Shown: positions 7,834 through 17,038, counted from the first letter of the stretch. The stretch: DNA of 32,000 nt from Acinetobacter wanghuae (GCF_009557235.1 NZ_CP045650.1:2010001-2042000); one strand, 5' to 3'. The notes: generated from the sequence alone by a model not told the origin. Numbers and translations are program-made.

Positions 7834-8766
7834 ATGAACGCTACTGTAGAACAGCTTGCACCTGTAGAACAGCAAGCGACGACTGGTTGGGTTGTTGCCG
7901 CACTTTATCAATTCAAAGAAGTCGAAGACGCTGCAGGTCTTCAACAACGTCTATTAGACTTGGTAAAAACCATCAACCTATGTGGTACTCTGATTGTTGC
8001 CAGCGAAGGCATCAACGGTACAGTTGCGGGCGACCGTGAAGCGATTGATAAAGTTCATCAATTGTTATTAGATGAAGGCTTCAACGATATGGAATATAAA
8101 GAGTCTGAAAGCTCTGATAAGCCATTCCGTAAAATGAAAATTAAACTCAAAAAAGAAATTGTAACTTTGGGCGTGGAAGTCAAACCACGTGATTTAGTGG
8201 GTCACTATTTAGATCCAAAAGAATGGAATGAACTGATTGCACGTGATGATGTGATTCTTGTCGATACGCGTAACGATTACGAATATAAAGCGGGCACATT
8301 TAAAGGCGCTATTGACCCTAAAACTGAAAGCTTCCGCGAATTCCCTGAATACGTTAAAAACAACCTTGAACAGCATAAAGATAAGAAAATTGCCATGTTC
8401 TGTACAGGTGGTATTCGTTGTGAAAAATCAACCTCTTTGCTTTTACAAGAAGGTTTTAACGAGGTCTATCACCTTAAAGGTGGTATTTTAAAATACCTCG
8501 AAGAAACCCCTGCCGAAGAAAGCCTATGGGAAGGTGAATGCTTCGTTTTTGATGGTCGTACTGCGGTGAAACATGGTATGGAAGAAGGCGAAAATACCAA
8601 ATGTCACGCATGTGGCTGGCCGTTAACGCCTGAAGAAGTCGAACTTCCAAGCTATGAACATGGCGTTTCATGTGTATATTGCATTGAAAAAACCACTGAA
8701 AAGCAAAAAGAAGGTTTCCGTATGCGTCAATCGCAAATTTTGGCAGCTAAACGTAAACGTCTTTAA
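7834..8766 (+). CDS. trhO: Rhodanese-domain tRNA uridine(34) hydroxylase (UPF0176/YceA family)
   Basis: VVAALYQFKEV..., a rhodanese active-site loop CTGGIRCEK, and a C-terminal Cys cluster CHACGW...CVYC. ATG 7834 (GGAG upstream) preferred over the ORF-track start at 7762. Confidence 0.85.
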   Translation: MNATVEQLAPVEQQATTGWVVAALYQFKEVEDAAGLQQRLLDLVKTINLCGTLIVASEGINGTVAGDREAIDKVHQLLLDEGFNDMEYKESESSDKPFRKMKIKLKKEIVTLGVEVKPRDLVGHYLDPKEWNELIARDDVILVDTRNDYEYKAGTFKGAIDPKTESFREFPEYVKNNLEQHKDKKIAMFCTGGIRCEKSTSLLLQEGFNEVYHLKGGILKYLEETPAEESLWEGECFVFDGRTAVKHGMEEGENTKCHACGWPLTPEEVELPSYEHGVSCVYCIEKTTEKQKEGFRMRQSQILAAKRKRL

Positions 8767-8790
8767 TGTCGATTATATAAACCGATATAC

Positions 8791-8816
8791 AAAAGCCCTC
8801 AATTGAGGGCTTTTTA
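8791..8816 (+). terminator. Rho-independent terminator after trhO
   Basis: AAAAGCCCTC-AATT-GAGGGCTTTTT. Confidence 0.85.
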
Positions 8817-8974
8817 TTTACATAAAAATGACACCCGCAATAAAAAATACACCTCGTTTAACCAAGATTATCATCAAAAAATCATGGCACTTGTTAAGCT
8901 CGATTCAATTCAAAGATTTCACTGCTAAGTCTTTCATTATGAACTGAAAGCATAAAGTGAATAGGAGATGAGAA

Positions 8975-9259
8975 ATGGGCAAAGCACTCGCACATCTTGA
9001 GGATAATATTGTGCCGTTTGAACCAAGGCATAATGTTAAAACACAACGACTAAATCAGATGGCACGCGAGTTAGAACGTGAATCGCATTTACTGATTGTG
9101 GTATTAGGTACGCTCATTGGTGCAACCCTCGCATTGTTCGTGGGTTACCATATTCATACCAGTGCAATCCATTTTTTACTGCTGAGTATCTTGCCTGTTT
9201 GCTTGGCTTATGGACTCCGTAAAATTTATATTCATACGCTTATTCGCACTTATTTATAA
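8975..9259 (+). CDS. Hypothetical small membrane protein (two predicted TM helices)
   Basis: 94-aa ORF with AGGAG upstream. Hydrophobic stretches LLIVVLGTLIGATLALFVGY and AIHFLLLSILPVCLAYGL. No family recognised. Confidence 0.45.
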   Translation: MGKALAHLEDNIVPFEPRHNVKTQRLNQMARELERESHLLIVVLGTLIGATLALFVGYHIHTSAIHFLLLSILPVCLAYGLRKIYIHTLIRTYL

Positions 9260-9333
9260 TCGCTTTTTCTCTTGTTATTTGCCCACAACATGTGCTTAGA
9301 ATATCAGCACATATATGCATTGATATTAAAATT

Positions 9334-9948
9334 ATGAAGATCACAGAGTGGATCATTTCGATCATGGAGCAATTGGGTTATTGGGGGATTGCCCTACTCA
9401 TGTTCCTTGATAATGTTTTTCCGCCCATTCCCTCTGAAATCATTATGCCTTCTGCAGGCTACTCTGCATCTCAAGGTCAACTTCTTCTTTTCGGTGTCAT
9501 CATTGCTGGTTCAATCGGTTCTTTATTAGCCGCTGCCCTGCTTTATTGGGTGGGTTATAAATTCAAACACGAATCTCTCTTCAAATTTGTCGACCGCTAT
9601 GGCAAATATCTGTTTATTCAATCTAAAGATGTCAAAAAATCGTTAACTTGGTTTGAGCACTACGGACATCGGATTGTGTTTTTCGGACGGATGATTCCTG
9701 CGGTACGTTCTTTAATTAGTATTCCGGCAGGCATGAGTCGAATGCCTTTTTGGAAGTTCATGCTGTTTAGTGGTCTAGGCACCATTATTTGGACAACATT
9801 CCTCGCCAGTGTTGGTTTTTATTTTGGTGAAAATCAAGCCTTGATGCACGAAATTTTCAGCCGTGTGGGTTATGTGATTCTTGCGATAGTAGGCGTTATT
9901 GTGATCTGGCTTGTGTATCGTCGCCAACAACGAAAGTCTAAACTATAA
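9334..9948 (+). CDS. DedA-family inner-membrane protein
   Basis: GYWGIALLMFLDNVFPPIPSEIIMPSAGY... and ...GRMIPAVRSLISIPAGM... are typical DedA/SNARE-associated motifs. ATG 9334 preferred (204 aa). Confidence 0.85.
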   Translation: MKITEWIISIMEQLGYWGIALLMFLDNVFPPIPSEIIMPSAGYSASQGQLLLFGVIIAGSIGSLLAAALLYWVGYKFKHESLFKFVDRYGKYLFIQSKDVKKSLTWFEHYGHRIVFFGRMIPAVRSLISIPAGMSRMPFWKFMLFSGLGTIIWTTFLASVGFYFGENQALMHEIFSRVGYVILAIVGVIVIWLVYRRQQRKSKL

Positions 9949-10238
9949 AATTAATTTTAGAGTATTTAACACGTTATTCTTAAGTGATTCCAATCATTTA
10001 AAATGACTCGGAATCACTCACGAGAAGCGACATTTTTCGTTTATTTTTCTGCAATTTGCCTACAAATTTTTACATGGATACAGACAGCTTATCGAACTCA
10101 TATCATCTTTCTATATAAGTCAGCTTATGCATTGCATAAGTTATAGCAATGCTTTCGAGCGAAGCTATAGCTTGCTCATTAAAGCGCATTGCATTTTGTA
10201 AACCCAATATAACGTATCTATTAAAATAAGGTGATCAA

Positions 10239-10781
10239 ATGACTGATATTGAGCGTAACCAAGAGATTGATCGTGAAGTCGTAAAAAACTTACCAAAAGA
10301 AGAACGTGATCGTTTAAATGCGGATCCTATTACAGGTGAACCAGGTGCACATCCTGTTGGAACAGGTGTAGGTGCAACAGGTGGTGCTGCTGCAGGTGCC
10401 GCAATTGGCGCGATGGGTGGTCCTATCGGTGCTTTGGTGGGTGGTGCCGTTGGTGCCGTAGTCGGCGGTTTAGGTGGCAAAGGTGCTGCCGAAGCCATGA
10501 ACCCAACCGAAGAAGATCGATATTGGCGTGAGAACAGTTTAAATACCTCTTACTACACGGATACTCGTTCGCTTTATTCCGATCTCGATTACGATCGTGA
10601 TTATCAGAGTGCTTATCGTGTCGGTTATGAAAACCGTCCACATTATGAAACCACCACGCGTTTTGAGGATGTCGAACACGAACTTAAGGCGAAATGGGAA
10701 CAAGTCAAAGGTTCATCACGTTTGACATGGGAACAAGCCAAATATGCAATTAAAGATGCATGGGATCGTACCAAACATTAA
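10239..10781 (+). CDS. Glycine-zipper-containing hypothetical protein (stress-protein-like)
   Basis: 180 aa, SD AAGGTG. A Gly/Ala-rich zipper, [40 protein letters not shown], is followed by a charged, Tyr/Asp-rich C-terminal half. Function unknown. Confidence 0.6.
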   Translation: MTDIERNQEIDREVVKNLPKEERDRLNADPITGEPGAHPVGTGVGATGGAAAGAAIGAMGGPIGALVGGAVGAVVGGLGGKGAAEAMNPTEEDRYWRENSLNTSYYTDTRSLYSDLDYDRDYQSAYRVGYENRPHYETTTRFEDVEHELKAKWEQVKGSSRLTWEQAKYAIKDAWDRTKH

Positions 10782-10825
10782 ATCTTTAATGCATAAATAT
10801 GCGCTTGACCCAAATTGATCAGCCA

Positions 10826-10857
10826 TAAAAAAAGCACCGAACTCGGTGCTTTTTTTA
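10826..10857. terminator. Bidirectional terminator between convergent genes
   Basis: AAAAAAAGCACCGA-ACT-CGGTGCTTTTTTT. Confidence 0.85.
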
Positions 10858-10870
10858 TTCAAACTTCAAC

Positions 10871-11395
10871 TTATTCAGGTGAATGATACATTAAGTACAA
10901 TTCATTTAGGTTGTTTGGAATTTCTTCTGCAAGTTCATCCATCAATTGACCATTGCGACGGAAAGTTTCCATTTGTGGATCTTCGTCATCAATGCCACTG
11001 AAGACCATAATTGGCAGCGTTAAATCGACCAATTGTTCTTCATACTCTTCTGCGAACCAAGCATCTTCATTCAAGAACATCGCATCGACGAAACCGACAC
11101 TCCAATCCCCTAAGCTTGATTCTGTATCTGCTTCTTCAATTTCAAATGGGAAGGTAATCCCTTCTTCATTGGCAAGGTTTTGGCGAATAGACTCCAACCA
11201 TGCTTGAATTTGCGTAATAATCGCAGCAGGTGCCTTTTTCTGATTGCCTTCAAAAAGCTCATCTAACCATTTGTCGAATTTAGGTCCGACTGCAATGGCA
11301 CATAAGAAACCGTGAGTGGCAGCAAAATCTAGACCAAATTCATTTTGGTCGCCATCTAAAAACTCACTCAACTGGTCTAAATCAAAAGCACTCAT
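10871..11395 (-). CDS. UPF0149 (YgfB/YecA-like) family protein
   Basis: 174 aa, very acidic. The N-terminus ...LDQLSEFLDGDQNEFGLDFAATHGFLCAIAVGP resembles the YgfB-family signature (HGFL..L..GP). Confidence 0.65.
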   Translation of the reverse strand: MSAFDLDQLSEFLDGDQNEFGLDFAATHGFLCAIAVGPKFDKWLDELFEGNQKKAPAAIITQIQAWLESIRQNLANEEGITFPFEIEEADTESSLGDWSVGFVDAMFLNEDAWFAEEYEEQLVDLTLPIMVFSGIDDEDPQMETFRRNGQLMDELAEEIPNNLNELYLMYHSPE

Positions 11396-11467
11396 TTAAT
11401 ATCCAAACTTCGAAATACCGAAAGACTTAGCATAGCATTTATTGACGCTATGCTAAATCCGAATTCG

Positions 11468-11677
11468 TTAATCTTCGTCGTCGAAATCGTCATCGTCGTC
11501 GAAGTCATAGTCAAAATCTTTGAGTTCACGTTCCAAACGACGTTGTACTAACAAATCGTCGATTAGGCGGCGTTTTTCCAATGACTCTTTGGCTGTCAGC
11601 TTGGTCGTGGAAGCCTCATCGAAGCTAACATCATCATCACTGAAGCTATCATCTAGTTCAAAATCTGTAGAAGACAC
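11468..11677 (-). CDS. Small highly acidic protein, PA3496-family-like (putative envelope integrity protein)
   Basis: 69 aa, GTG start with SD AGGAAG 5 nt upstream. The central EKRRLIDDLLVQRRLERELKDFD resembles the PA3496-family core. 27 of 69 residues are D/E, and the C-terminus is DFDYDFDDDDDFDDED. Confidence 0.5.
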   Translation of the reverse strand: MSSTDFELDDSFSDDDVSFDEASTTKLTAKESLEKRRLIDDLLVQRRLERELKDFDYDFDDDDDFDDED

Positions 11678-11796
11678 TAAAACTTCCTCATGGTGAAAAA
11701 TGTAAATGGTTTTAGCGCTATTTATCGTGCCTAAAAAACTAAGTCAAGTTTTATTTTGTTTTTTAAGATTTTAAATTTAAAAATAGGGCTTTTTTT

Positions 11797-11824
11797 CTGA
11801 CTGAAATGTGTGGCATGATATAAT
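11797..11824 (+). promoter_or_regulatory. Extended -10 sigma-70 promoter facing rpoD
   Basis: CTGACT (-35-like, 4/6), 16-bp spacer, TG-A-TATAAT (TG 11816-11817, TATAAT 11819-11824). Predicted start near 11831, about 250 nt upstream of the rpoD ATG. Confidence 0.55.
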
Positions 11825-12024
11825 CCACCCTGCGTCCTGATATTTTTTGACAGTTTTAGCGAATTTTTAAGAAAACAGTGCGTACCGGGTTGAACTTGAA
11901 AATAACAAATTCACCCCCATCTTAAATTACTGAATTTCACTTTTAAATATTTTATCAGACAGCGTTTTACGTTGTACTTACTGATGAAATACCTGAGCTA
12001 TTCATAAAATTTAATGAGATGAAT

Positions 12025-12050
12025 CGTGCAATGATTGTACGGTTTTTTTT
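12025..12050 (+). terminator. Terminator-like hairpin plus T8 inside the rpoD leader
   Basis: CGTGCAA-TGA-TTGTACG (7-bp stem including one G-U) followed by G and eight T (12043-12050), ending 32 nt before the rpoD start codon. Confidence 0.45.
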
Positions 12051-12082
12051 ACTGCCACAGATTCAACGAAGAGTAAGCAAAG

Positions 12083-13963
12083 ATGAGCGATATGACTTCC
12101 CCTACTTCTCAAGTAGCGGCTCTGATTAGCCGAGGCAAAGAACAAGGTTACTTAACCTTCGCTGAGGTTAACGATCATCTCCCGGACTCGATCACAGAAA
12201 GCGAACAGATTGAAGATATCATTCAAATGTTGAATGACGTCGGTATTCCCGTACACGATCGCGCACCTGAATCTGATGATACGATGTTCGAGGACACTGC
12301 AGAAGCTGCCGATGAAGTTGCAGAAGAAGAAGCTGCAGCAGTACTTGCATCGGTAGAAAACGAACCAGGTCGTACCACTGACCCTGTCCGCATGTATATG
12401 CGTGAAATGGGTACAGTTGAACTTTTAACCCGTGAAGGCGAAATTAGCATTGCAAAACGTATCGAAGAAGGTATTCGTGACGTTTTGCATTCGATTGCAT
12501 ATTGGCCAAACGCGGTTGAAGTGGTTCTACAAGAATATAAAGATTATGAAGCAGGCGAACGCCGTTTAGCCGATATTCTTTCAGGCTACCTTGACCCTGA
12601 ATCAAATGATCCAATTCCTGAAGTTTTAGAAGAAGAAGCAGAAATTGTTGTTGAAGCAACCACTGCTAAATCAGCGAAAGATGTGAAATTGGACGATGAC
12701 GAAGAAGAAGAAGCTGATTCTGATGATGATTCAGAAGCGGATTCTGGTCCAGATCCTGAAATTGCGAAAGCACGTTTCACTGAACTTGCGAATGCGTGGA
12801 AAAATACCCGTACTGTATTTGAAAAACACGGTCGTAACAGCAAACAAGGCGAAGAAGCACTTCAAGCACTTGCAACTGTGTTCATGATGTTTAAATTTAC
12901 TCCACGTTTATTTGAAATCATTTCAGAAATGATTCGTGGTACTCATGATCAAATTCGTGGTGCTGAACGTGAAGTGATGCGCTATGCAGTACGTCGTGGT
13001 CGTATGGATCGTACGCAATTCCGTACTTCTTTCCCAGGTCAAGAGTCAAATCCAGCTTGGTTAGAAGAACAAATTGCTAAAGCGCCTGCCGATCAAAAAG
13101 TGTATTTAGAAAAAGTTCGTCCTGATGTACTTGCGTTCCAACAAAAGATTGCCGATATCGAAAAAGAATTGGGTCTGACGGTTAAAGACATCAAGGACAT
13201 TGCGAAACGTATGGCGGTTGGTGAAGCGAAAGCGCGCCGTGCCAAAAAAGAAATGGTTGAAGCAAACTTACGTCTGGTCATTTCGATTGCGAAAAAATAC
13301 ACCAACCGTGGTCTGCAATTCCTCGACTTGATTCAAGAAGGTAACATCGGCTTGATGAAAGCGGTGGACAAGTTTGAATACCGTCGTGGTTATAAATTCT
13401 CGACCTATGCGACTTGGTGGATTCGTCAGGCGATCACGCGTTCGATTGCCGATCAGGCGCGTACGATTCGTATTCCAGTACATATGATCGAAACGATTAA
13501 CAAGATCAACCGTGTATCGCGTCAACTTCTTCAAGAAATGGGTCGTGAACCGACACCTGAAGAATTGGGCGAACGTTTAGAAATGGACGAAGTCAAAGTA
13601 CGTAAAGTACTTAAGATTGCGAAAGAACCTATTTCGATGGAAACACCGATTGGTGATGATGAAGATTCGCATCTTGGCGACTTTATCGAAGATGGTAACA
13701 TTACCTCTCCGATTGATGCTGCGACCTCTGAAGGCTTAAAAGAAGCAACTCGTGAAGTGTTAGAGAACTTAACTGAACGTGAAGCGAAAGTCTTGAAAAT
13801 GCGTTTTGGTATTGATATGCCAACCGACCATACTTTGGAAGAAGTCGGTAAACAATTTGACGTGACACGTGAACGTATTCGTCAGATTGAAGCAAAAGCA
13901 TTACGCAAACTTCGTCACCCATCTCGTTCTGAACATTTACGTTCATTCCTTGAGAATGACTAA
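12083..13963 (+). CDS. rpoD: RNA polymerase primary sigma factor sigma-70
   Basis: 626 aa. Region 1.1, an acidic insert, region 2 ([60 protein letters not shown]) and region 4 ([30 protein letters not shown]) are unmistakable. Confidence 0.98.
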   Translation: MSDMTSPTSQVAALISRGKEQGYLTFAEVNDHLPDSITESEQIEDIIQMLNDVGIPVHDRAPESDDTMFEDTAEAADEVAEEEAAAVLASVENEPGRTTDPVRMYMREMGTVELLTREGEISIAKRIEEGIRDVLHSIAYWPNAVEVVLQEYKDYEAGERRLADILSGYLDPESNDPIPEVLEEEAEIVVEATTAKSAKDVKLDDDEEEEADSDDDSEADSGPDPEIAKARFTELANAWKNTRTVFEKHGRNSKQGEEALQALATVFMMFKFTPRLFEIISEMIRGTHDQIRGAEREVMRYAVRRGRMDRTQFRTSFPGQESNPAWLEEQIAKAPADQKVYLEKVRPDVLAFQQKIADIEKELGLTVKDIKDIAKRMAVGEAKARRAKKEMVEANLRLVISIAKKYTNRGLQFLDLIQEGNIGLMKAVDKFEYRRGYKFSTYATWWIRQAITRSIADQARTIRIPVHMIETINKINRVSRQLLQEMGREPTPEELGERLEMDEVKVRKVLKIAKEPISMETPIGDDEDSHLGDFIEDGNITSPIDAATSEGLKEATREVLENLTEREAKVLKMRFGIDMPTDHTLEEVGKQFDVTRERIRQIEAKALRKLRHPSRSEHLRSFLEND

Positions 13964-14036
13964 TCTATCCATAGGATAATACTGGCTTGAATATGGGGGG
14001 CACTCCCCCATAATATGAGCATGTAGCAATTAAAAC

Positions 14037-14064
14037 AAAATACCTGCATATAGCAGGTATTTTT
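14037..14064. terminator. Rho-independent terminator after rpoD
   Basis: AAAATACCTGC-ATATA-GCAGGTATTTTT. Preceded by a separate GC-rich hairpin, TATGGGGG-GCACT-CCCCCATA, at 13992-14012. Confidence 0.8.
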
Positions 14065-14080
14065 AATGAAGAGGTGTCCT

Positions 14081-14377
14081 ATGACTGACATGACGAATCG
14101 CATGCCATCACGCGAATTACAAGAACATCTTTGGGTGTTCCCGATGGACTATCCAATTAAATTGATTGGTCTTGCCGGCAATGAACTTCGCCAAGCGGTG
14201 AATGATATTTTTGTGAAACATTTCCCAGAATTTGACGGCAGCACCATGACAGTAACGCCTTCTCGCACAGGTAAATATCATTCTGTGACTGCGAATTTAC
14301 GCTTTGAAGAACTTGAACAAGTTCATGCCGTTTATGCCGACCTTGCAGCATGCCCACTGATTAAGACTGCTCTTTAA
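14081..14377 (+). CDS. ybeD: DUF493/YbeD-family protein
   Basis: ...FPMDYPIKLIGLAGNELRQAVNDIFVKHFPEF... is typical of YbeD, and the position directly upstream of lipB is conserved. ATG 14081 (AGAGG upstream) preferred, because the ORF-track start overlaps the rpoD terminator. Confidence 0.8.
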   Translation: MTDMTNRMPSRELQEHLWVFPMDYPIKLIGLAGNELRQAVNDIFVKHFPEFDGSTMTVTPSRTGKYHSVTANLRFEELEQVHAVYADLAACPLIKTAL

Positions 14378-14383
14378 GAGTAC

Positions 14384-14413
14384 AAAAAAACACGCTTTCG
14401 AGCGTGTTTTTTT
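14384..14413 (+). terminator. Rho-independent terminator after ybeD
   Basis: AAAAAAACACGCT-TTCG-AGCGTGTTTTTTT. Confidence 0.85.
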
Positions 14414-14516
14414 CTGCCTAAAGATTGCATATAAAAACCTTCAATATCTCTCCCCTATCTACACGCTAAAATCATTATAATAAAAACATTGCAATCATTT
14501 ACTAAGGACACTGTTT

Positions 14517-15176
14517 GTGACTGATGTGGCTCAAAAACCGTCATTGATTATTCGTCAATATAATGCGCTTACAGCTTATGAAGACCGTTTTTTAGAGATG
14601 AAACAATTCACCGAAACGCGTGATGAGCACACCCCTGACGAATTATGGATTTTGCAACATCATGATGTACTGACTCAAGGTCAAGCCGGCAAGCCTGAGC
14701 ACATTCTTATTCCATCTAACATTCCTGTGGTACAGACTGACCGTGGTGGTCAAGTCACTTGGCATGGACCGGGTCAATTGGTCACGTACTTTATGTTTGA
14801 TTTAAATCGTTTGGGCTGGAATGTGCGCACACTGGTGTCATATGCTGAAAATTTAATGATTGAACTACTTAAAAAATATAATATCGATGCCTATGCCAAA
14901 GCTGATGCACCCGGTGTTTATGTTGCAGAGCGTAAAATCGGTTCGCTTGGTTTTAAAATTCGTAAAGGTCGCAGTTACCACGGATTATCGTTAAATATTG
15001 ATTGCGATTTGCATGGTTTCCATACCATTAACCCATGTGGTTATGCAGGACTAGAAATGGTAAGAATCAATGACCTTGTTCAGCCAGCGCCAAAATTTAC
15101 AGACCTATGCGCTGAAATTATTGAAACTTTAAACAACAGCGGTTACTTTAAAGATGTAAAGGTTGAGCAAAGATAA
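14517..15176 (+). CDS. lipB: Octanoyltransferase (lipoyl(octanoyl) transferase)
   Basis: GTG start, SD AAGGA. ...[18 protein letters not shown]...[17 protein letters not shown]...[10 protein letters not shown]...YHGLSLNI are LipB motifs. Confidence 0.95.
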   Translation: MTDVAQKPSLIIRQYNALTAYEDRFLEMKQFTETRDEHTPDELWILQHHDVLTQGQAGKPEHILIPSNIPVVQTDRGGQVTWHGPGQLVTYFMFDLNRLGWNVRTLVSYAENLMIELLKKYNIDAYAKADAPGVYVAERKIGSLGFKIRKGRSYHGLSLNIDCDLHGFHTINPCGYAGLEMVRINDLVQPAPKFTDLCAEIIETLNNSGYFKDVKVEQR

Positions 15177-15251
15177 AGGCTTTGCTTTTTAATAATAAAT
15201 AAATTAGAGTATTTACTCTAAATACATAATACTGAAGATAGGGATCATCAC

Positions 15252-15785
15252 GTGATTGCACCTAAATCCGTAAAACCCGCTTTGCAACTGGCCTATGTCA
15301 AACTCATGATGGACGTGATTGGCAGAGGCTTAGCGATGGCAAGTCAAGTCGATGACGAAATCAAACGTGAAGTGGCAGCATTCCCTGCCAACTTCACCCT
15401 TTCAATGAATGTTTTCCCCAATGGCCCTGCATTTATTGCACGCGTGACTGAAAACAAGCAATTGGAATTGGTCAAACATCTCCATCAGAAACCAGATTTG
15501 ACCATTACCTTTAAGCATTTGCATCATGCATTTTTGGTTTTTTCTTTTCAGGAAAGTACTTCTCAAGCCTTTGCCAATGACCGTATGATTGCCAATGGCG
15601 ATATTTCATTTGCGATTCGCTTAGTGCGCTGCCTAAACAAGATGGAAGCGTTAATTTTGCCAAAACTGGTTGCAGAATTAGCCGTCAAAGAGTATCCGCA
15701 AAATTTAAGCTTAAAAGAAAAATTAATGGGTGCGAGTAATATTTACCTAAAAGTCGCACAATCATATTTAAAAGGGAGTGTTTAA
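15252..15785 (+). CDS. Hypothetical protein with an SCP2-like (sterol-carrier/lipid-binding) C-terminal signature
   Basis: 177 aa, GTG start with AGGGA upstream. ...AFANDRMIANGDISFAIRLVRCLNKME resembles the SCP2 pattern (F..G.l...GD...a.kl..l). The stop codon (15783-15785) is 2 nt before the ADH start codon. Confidence 0.45.
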   Translation: MIAPKSVKPALQLAYVKLMMDVIGRGLAMASQVDDEIKREVAAFPANFTLSMNVFPNGPAFIARVTENKQLELVKHLHQKPDLTITFKHLHHAFLVFSFQESTSQAFANDRMIANGDISFAIRLVRCLNKMEALILPKLVAELAVKEYPQNLSLKEKLMGASNIYLKVAQSYLKGSV

Positions 15786-15787
15786 CC

Positions 15788-16972
15788 ATGGCGAAGCCTT
15801 ATTACGAATTTTTCTGTCCCGTTAAAGTTATTGCAGGACACGCTGCGCTTGAACACATTCCATTTGAACTTTCAACTTTAGGGGCGAAACGTCCGCTCAT
15901 TATTACCGACAAAGGTGTACGTTCAAATAACTTACTTGCTCCGATTGAAGCGGCATTTGAAAATACAGATGTCGAGATTGGTTTTATCTTTGATGATGTT
16001 CCACCTGATTCAAGCTTAGAAACAGTTCGTAAAGCTGCCGAGCTTTATCGTCAGCACAACTGTGATGCTATTTTAGCTGTGGGCGGTGGTTCAGTGATTG
16101 ATACCTCTAAAGCCACCAATATTTTGGTCTCTGAAGGCGGTGATGACTTACTAAAATATTCTGGTGCGCATAACCTACCGAAACCACTCAAACCATTTTT
16201 TGTGATTCCAACGACTTCAGGTACAGGCTCAGAAGTAACCATGGTTGCGGTGGTCTCGGACACTGAAAAAAATCTAAAAATGCCATTTGCATCGTATTAC
16301 TTGATGCCACATGCGGCAATTTTAGACCCGCGTATGACCCAAACCTTACCACCGCATTTAACTGCAATGACGGCGATGGATGCGATGACGCATGCCGTAG
16401 AAGCTTATACCTGTATGGCAGCCAATCCTATCTCAGATGCCTATGCAACAGCGGCTGTGAAAAAAGTCAGCGAAAATCTATTCAAAGTTTTAGACAATCC
16501 AACCGACGCACAAGGTCGCTTAGAACTCGCACAAGCCTCTACAATGGCGGGTATTGCCTTCTCAAACTCGATGGTGGGCTTGGTTCATTCATTGGGTCAT
16601 GCTTTAGGTGCAGTCGCACATTTGCCACACGGACTCTGCATGAACCTATTCTTGCCTTATGTGCTTGAATACAACAAAGCAGTCAATGGCGATAAAATTG
16701 CAGATTTACTGCTTCCTTTAGCGGGTGCGGATCTTTTTGCACAGACGCCTGCGCATTTACGTGCTGACAAAGCAATTGCGAGCATTGCCGCGATGCGTGA
16801 TCGTATTTATGCACTCACCAAATTACCGCGCACGTTAAGTGAAACTGGCAAAGTCACTGAAGCACAATTTGATGAAATTGCAGAAAAAGCCTTGAATGAT
16901 GGTTCAATCATTTACAACCCGAAAGAAGCCACTTTAGACGATTTAAAATCTATCTTAAAAAAAGCTTGGTAA
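15788..16972 (+). CDS. Iron-containing (group III) alcohol dehydrogenase
   Basis: 394 aa. NAD(P)-binding GGGSVIDTSK and metal-binding His motifs DAMTHAVEAY and GLVHSLGHALG...HLPHG. Confidence 0.9.
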   Translation: MAKPYYEFFCPVKVIAGHAALEHIPFELSTLGAKRPLIITDKGVRSNNLLAPIEAAFENTDVEIGFIFDDVPPDSSLETVRKAAELYRQHNCDAILAVGGGSVIDTSKATNILVSEGGDDLLKYSGAHNLPKPLKPFFVIPTTSGTGSEVTMVAVVSDTEKNLKMPFASYYLMPHAAILDPRMTQTLPPHLTAMTAMDAMTHAVEAYTCMAANPISDAYATAAVKKVSENLFKVLDNPTDAQGRLELAQASTMAGIAFSNSMVGLVHSLGHALGAVAHLPHGLCMNLFLPYVLEYNKAVNGDKIADLLLPLAGADLFAQTPAHLRADKAIASIAAMRDRIYALTKLPRTLSETGKVTEAQFDEIAEKALNDGSIIYNPKEATLDDLKSILKKAW

Positions 16973-17006
16973 TTACTGAAAAATAAGCCAATATAGCGAA
17001 AATTTT

Positions 17007-17038
17007 AGCCTGATGTTTTTTTAAACATCGGGCTTTTA
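17007..17038 (+). terminator. Rho-independent terminator after the alcohol dehydrogenase gene
   Basis: AGCCTGATGTTT-TTTT-AAACATCGGGCT (12-bp stem, one G-U) followed by TTTT. Confidence 0.8.

Noticed and set aside
10235-10498. 87-aa Pro/Ala-rich minus-strand ORF.
   Set aside because: It is the mirror image of the GGT/GCN-rich glycine-zipper coding region on the + strand. That is a compositional artefact.
11831-12050. Possibility that the promoter-to-T8 unit upstream of rpoD is 6S RNA (ssrS). In E. coli ssrS lies near ygfB, and a YgfB-like gene is adjacent here.
   Set aside because: By eye I could not find the long 5'/3' closing stem or the central-bubble architecture of 6S RNA, and the segment is very AT-rich. 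It stays in the findings only as a generic leader/sRNA candidate. An Rfam covariance-model scan would decide.
12223-13946. Several 63-88-aa ORFs on both strands within rpoD.
   Set aside because: All are nested in or antisense to the unmistakable sigma-70 frame, and none has start-site signals.
13992-14012. GC-rich hairpin TATGGGGG-GCACT-CCCCCATA after rpoD, a possible REP-like or mobile repeat.
   Set aside because: It occurs once in the window and lies just before a canonical terminator. It is most simply a transcript-stabilising 3' structure.
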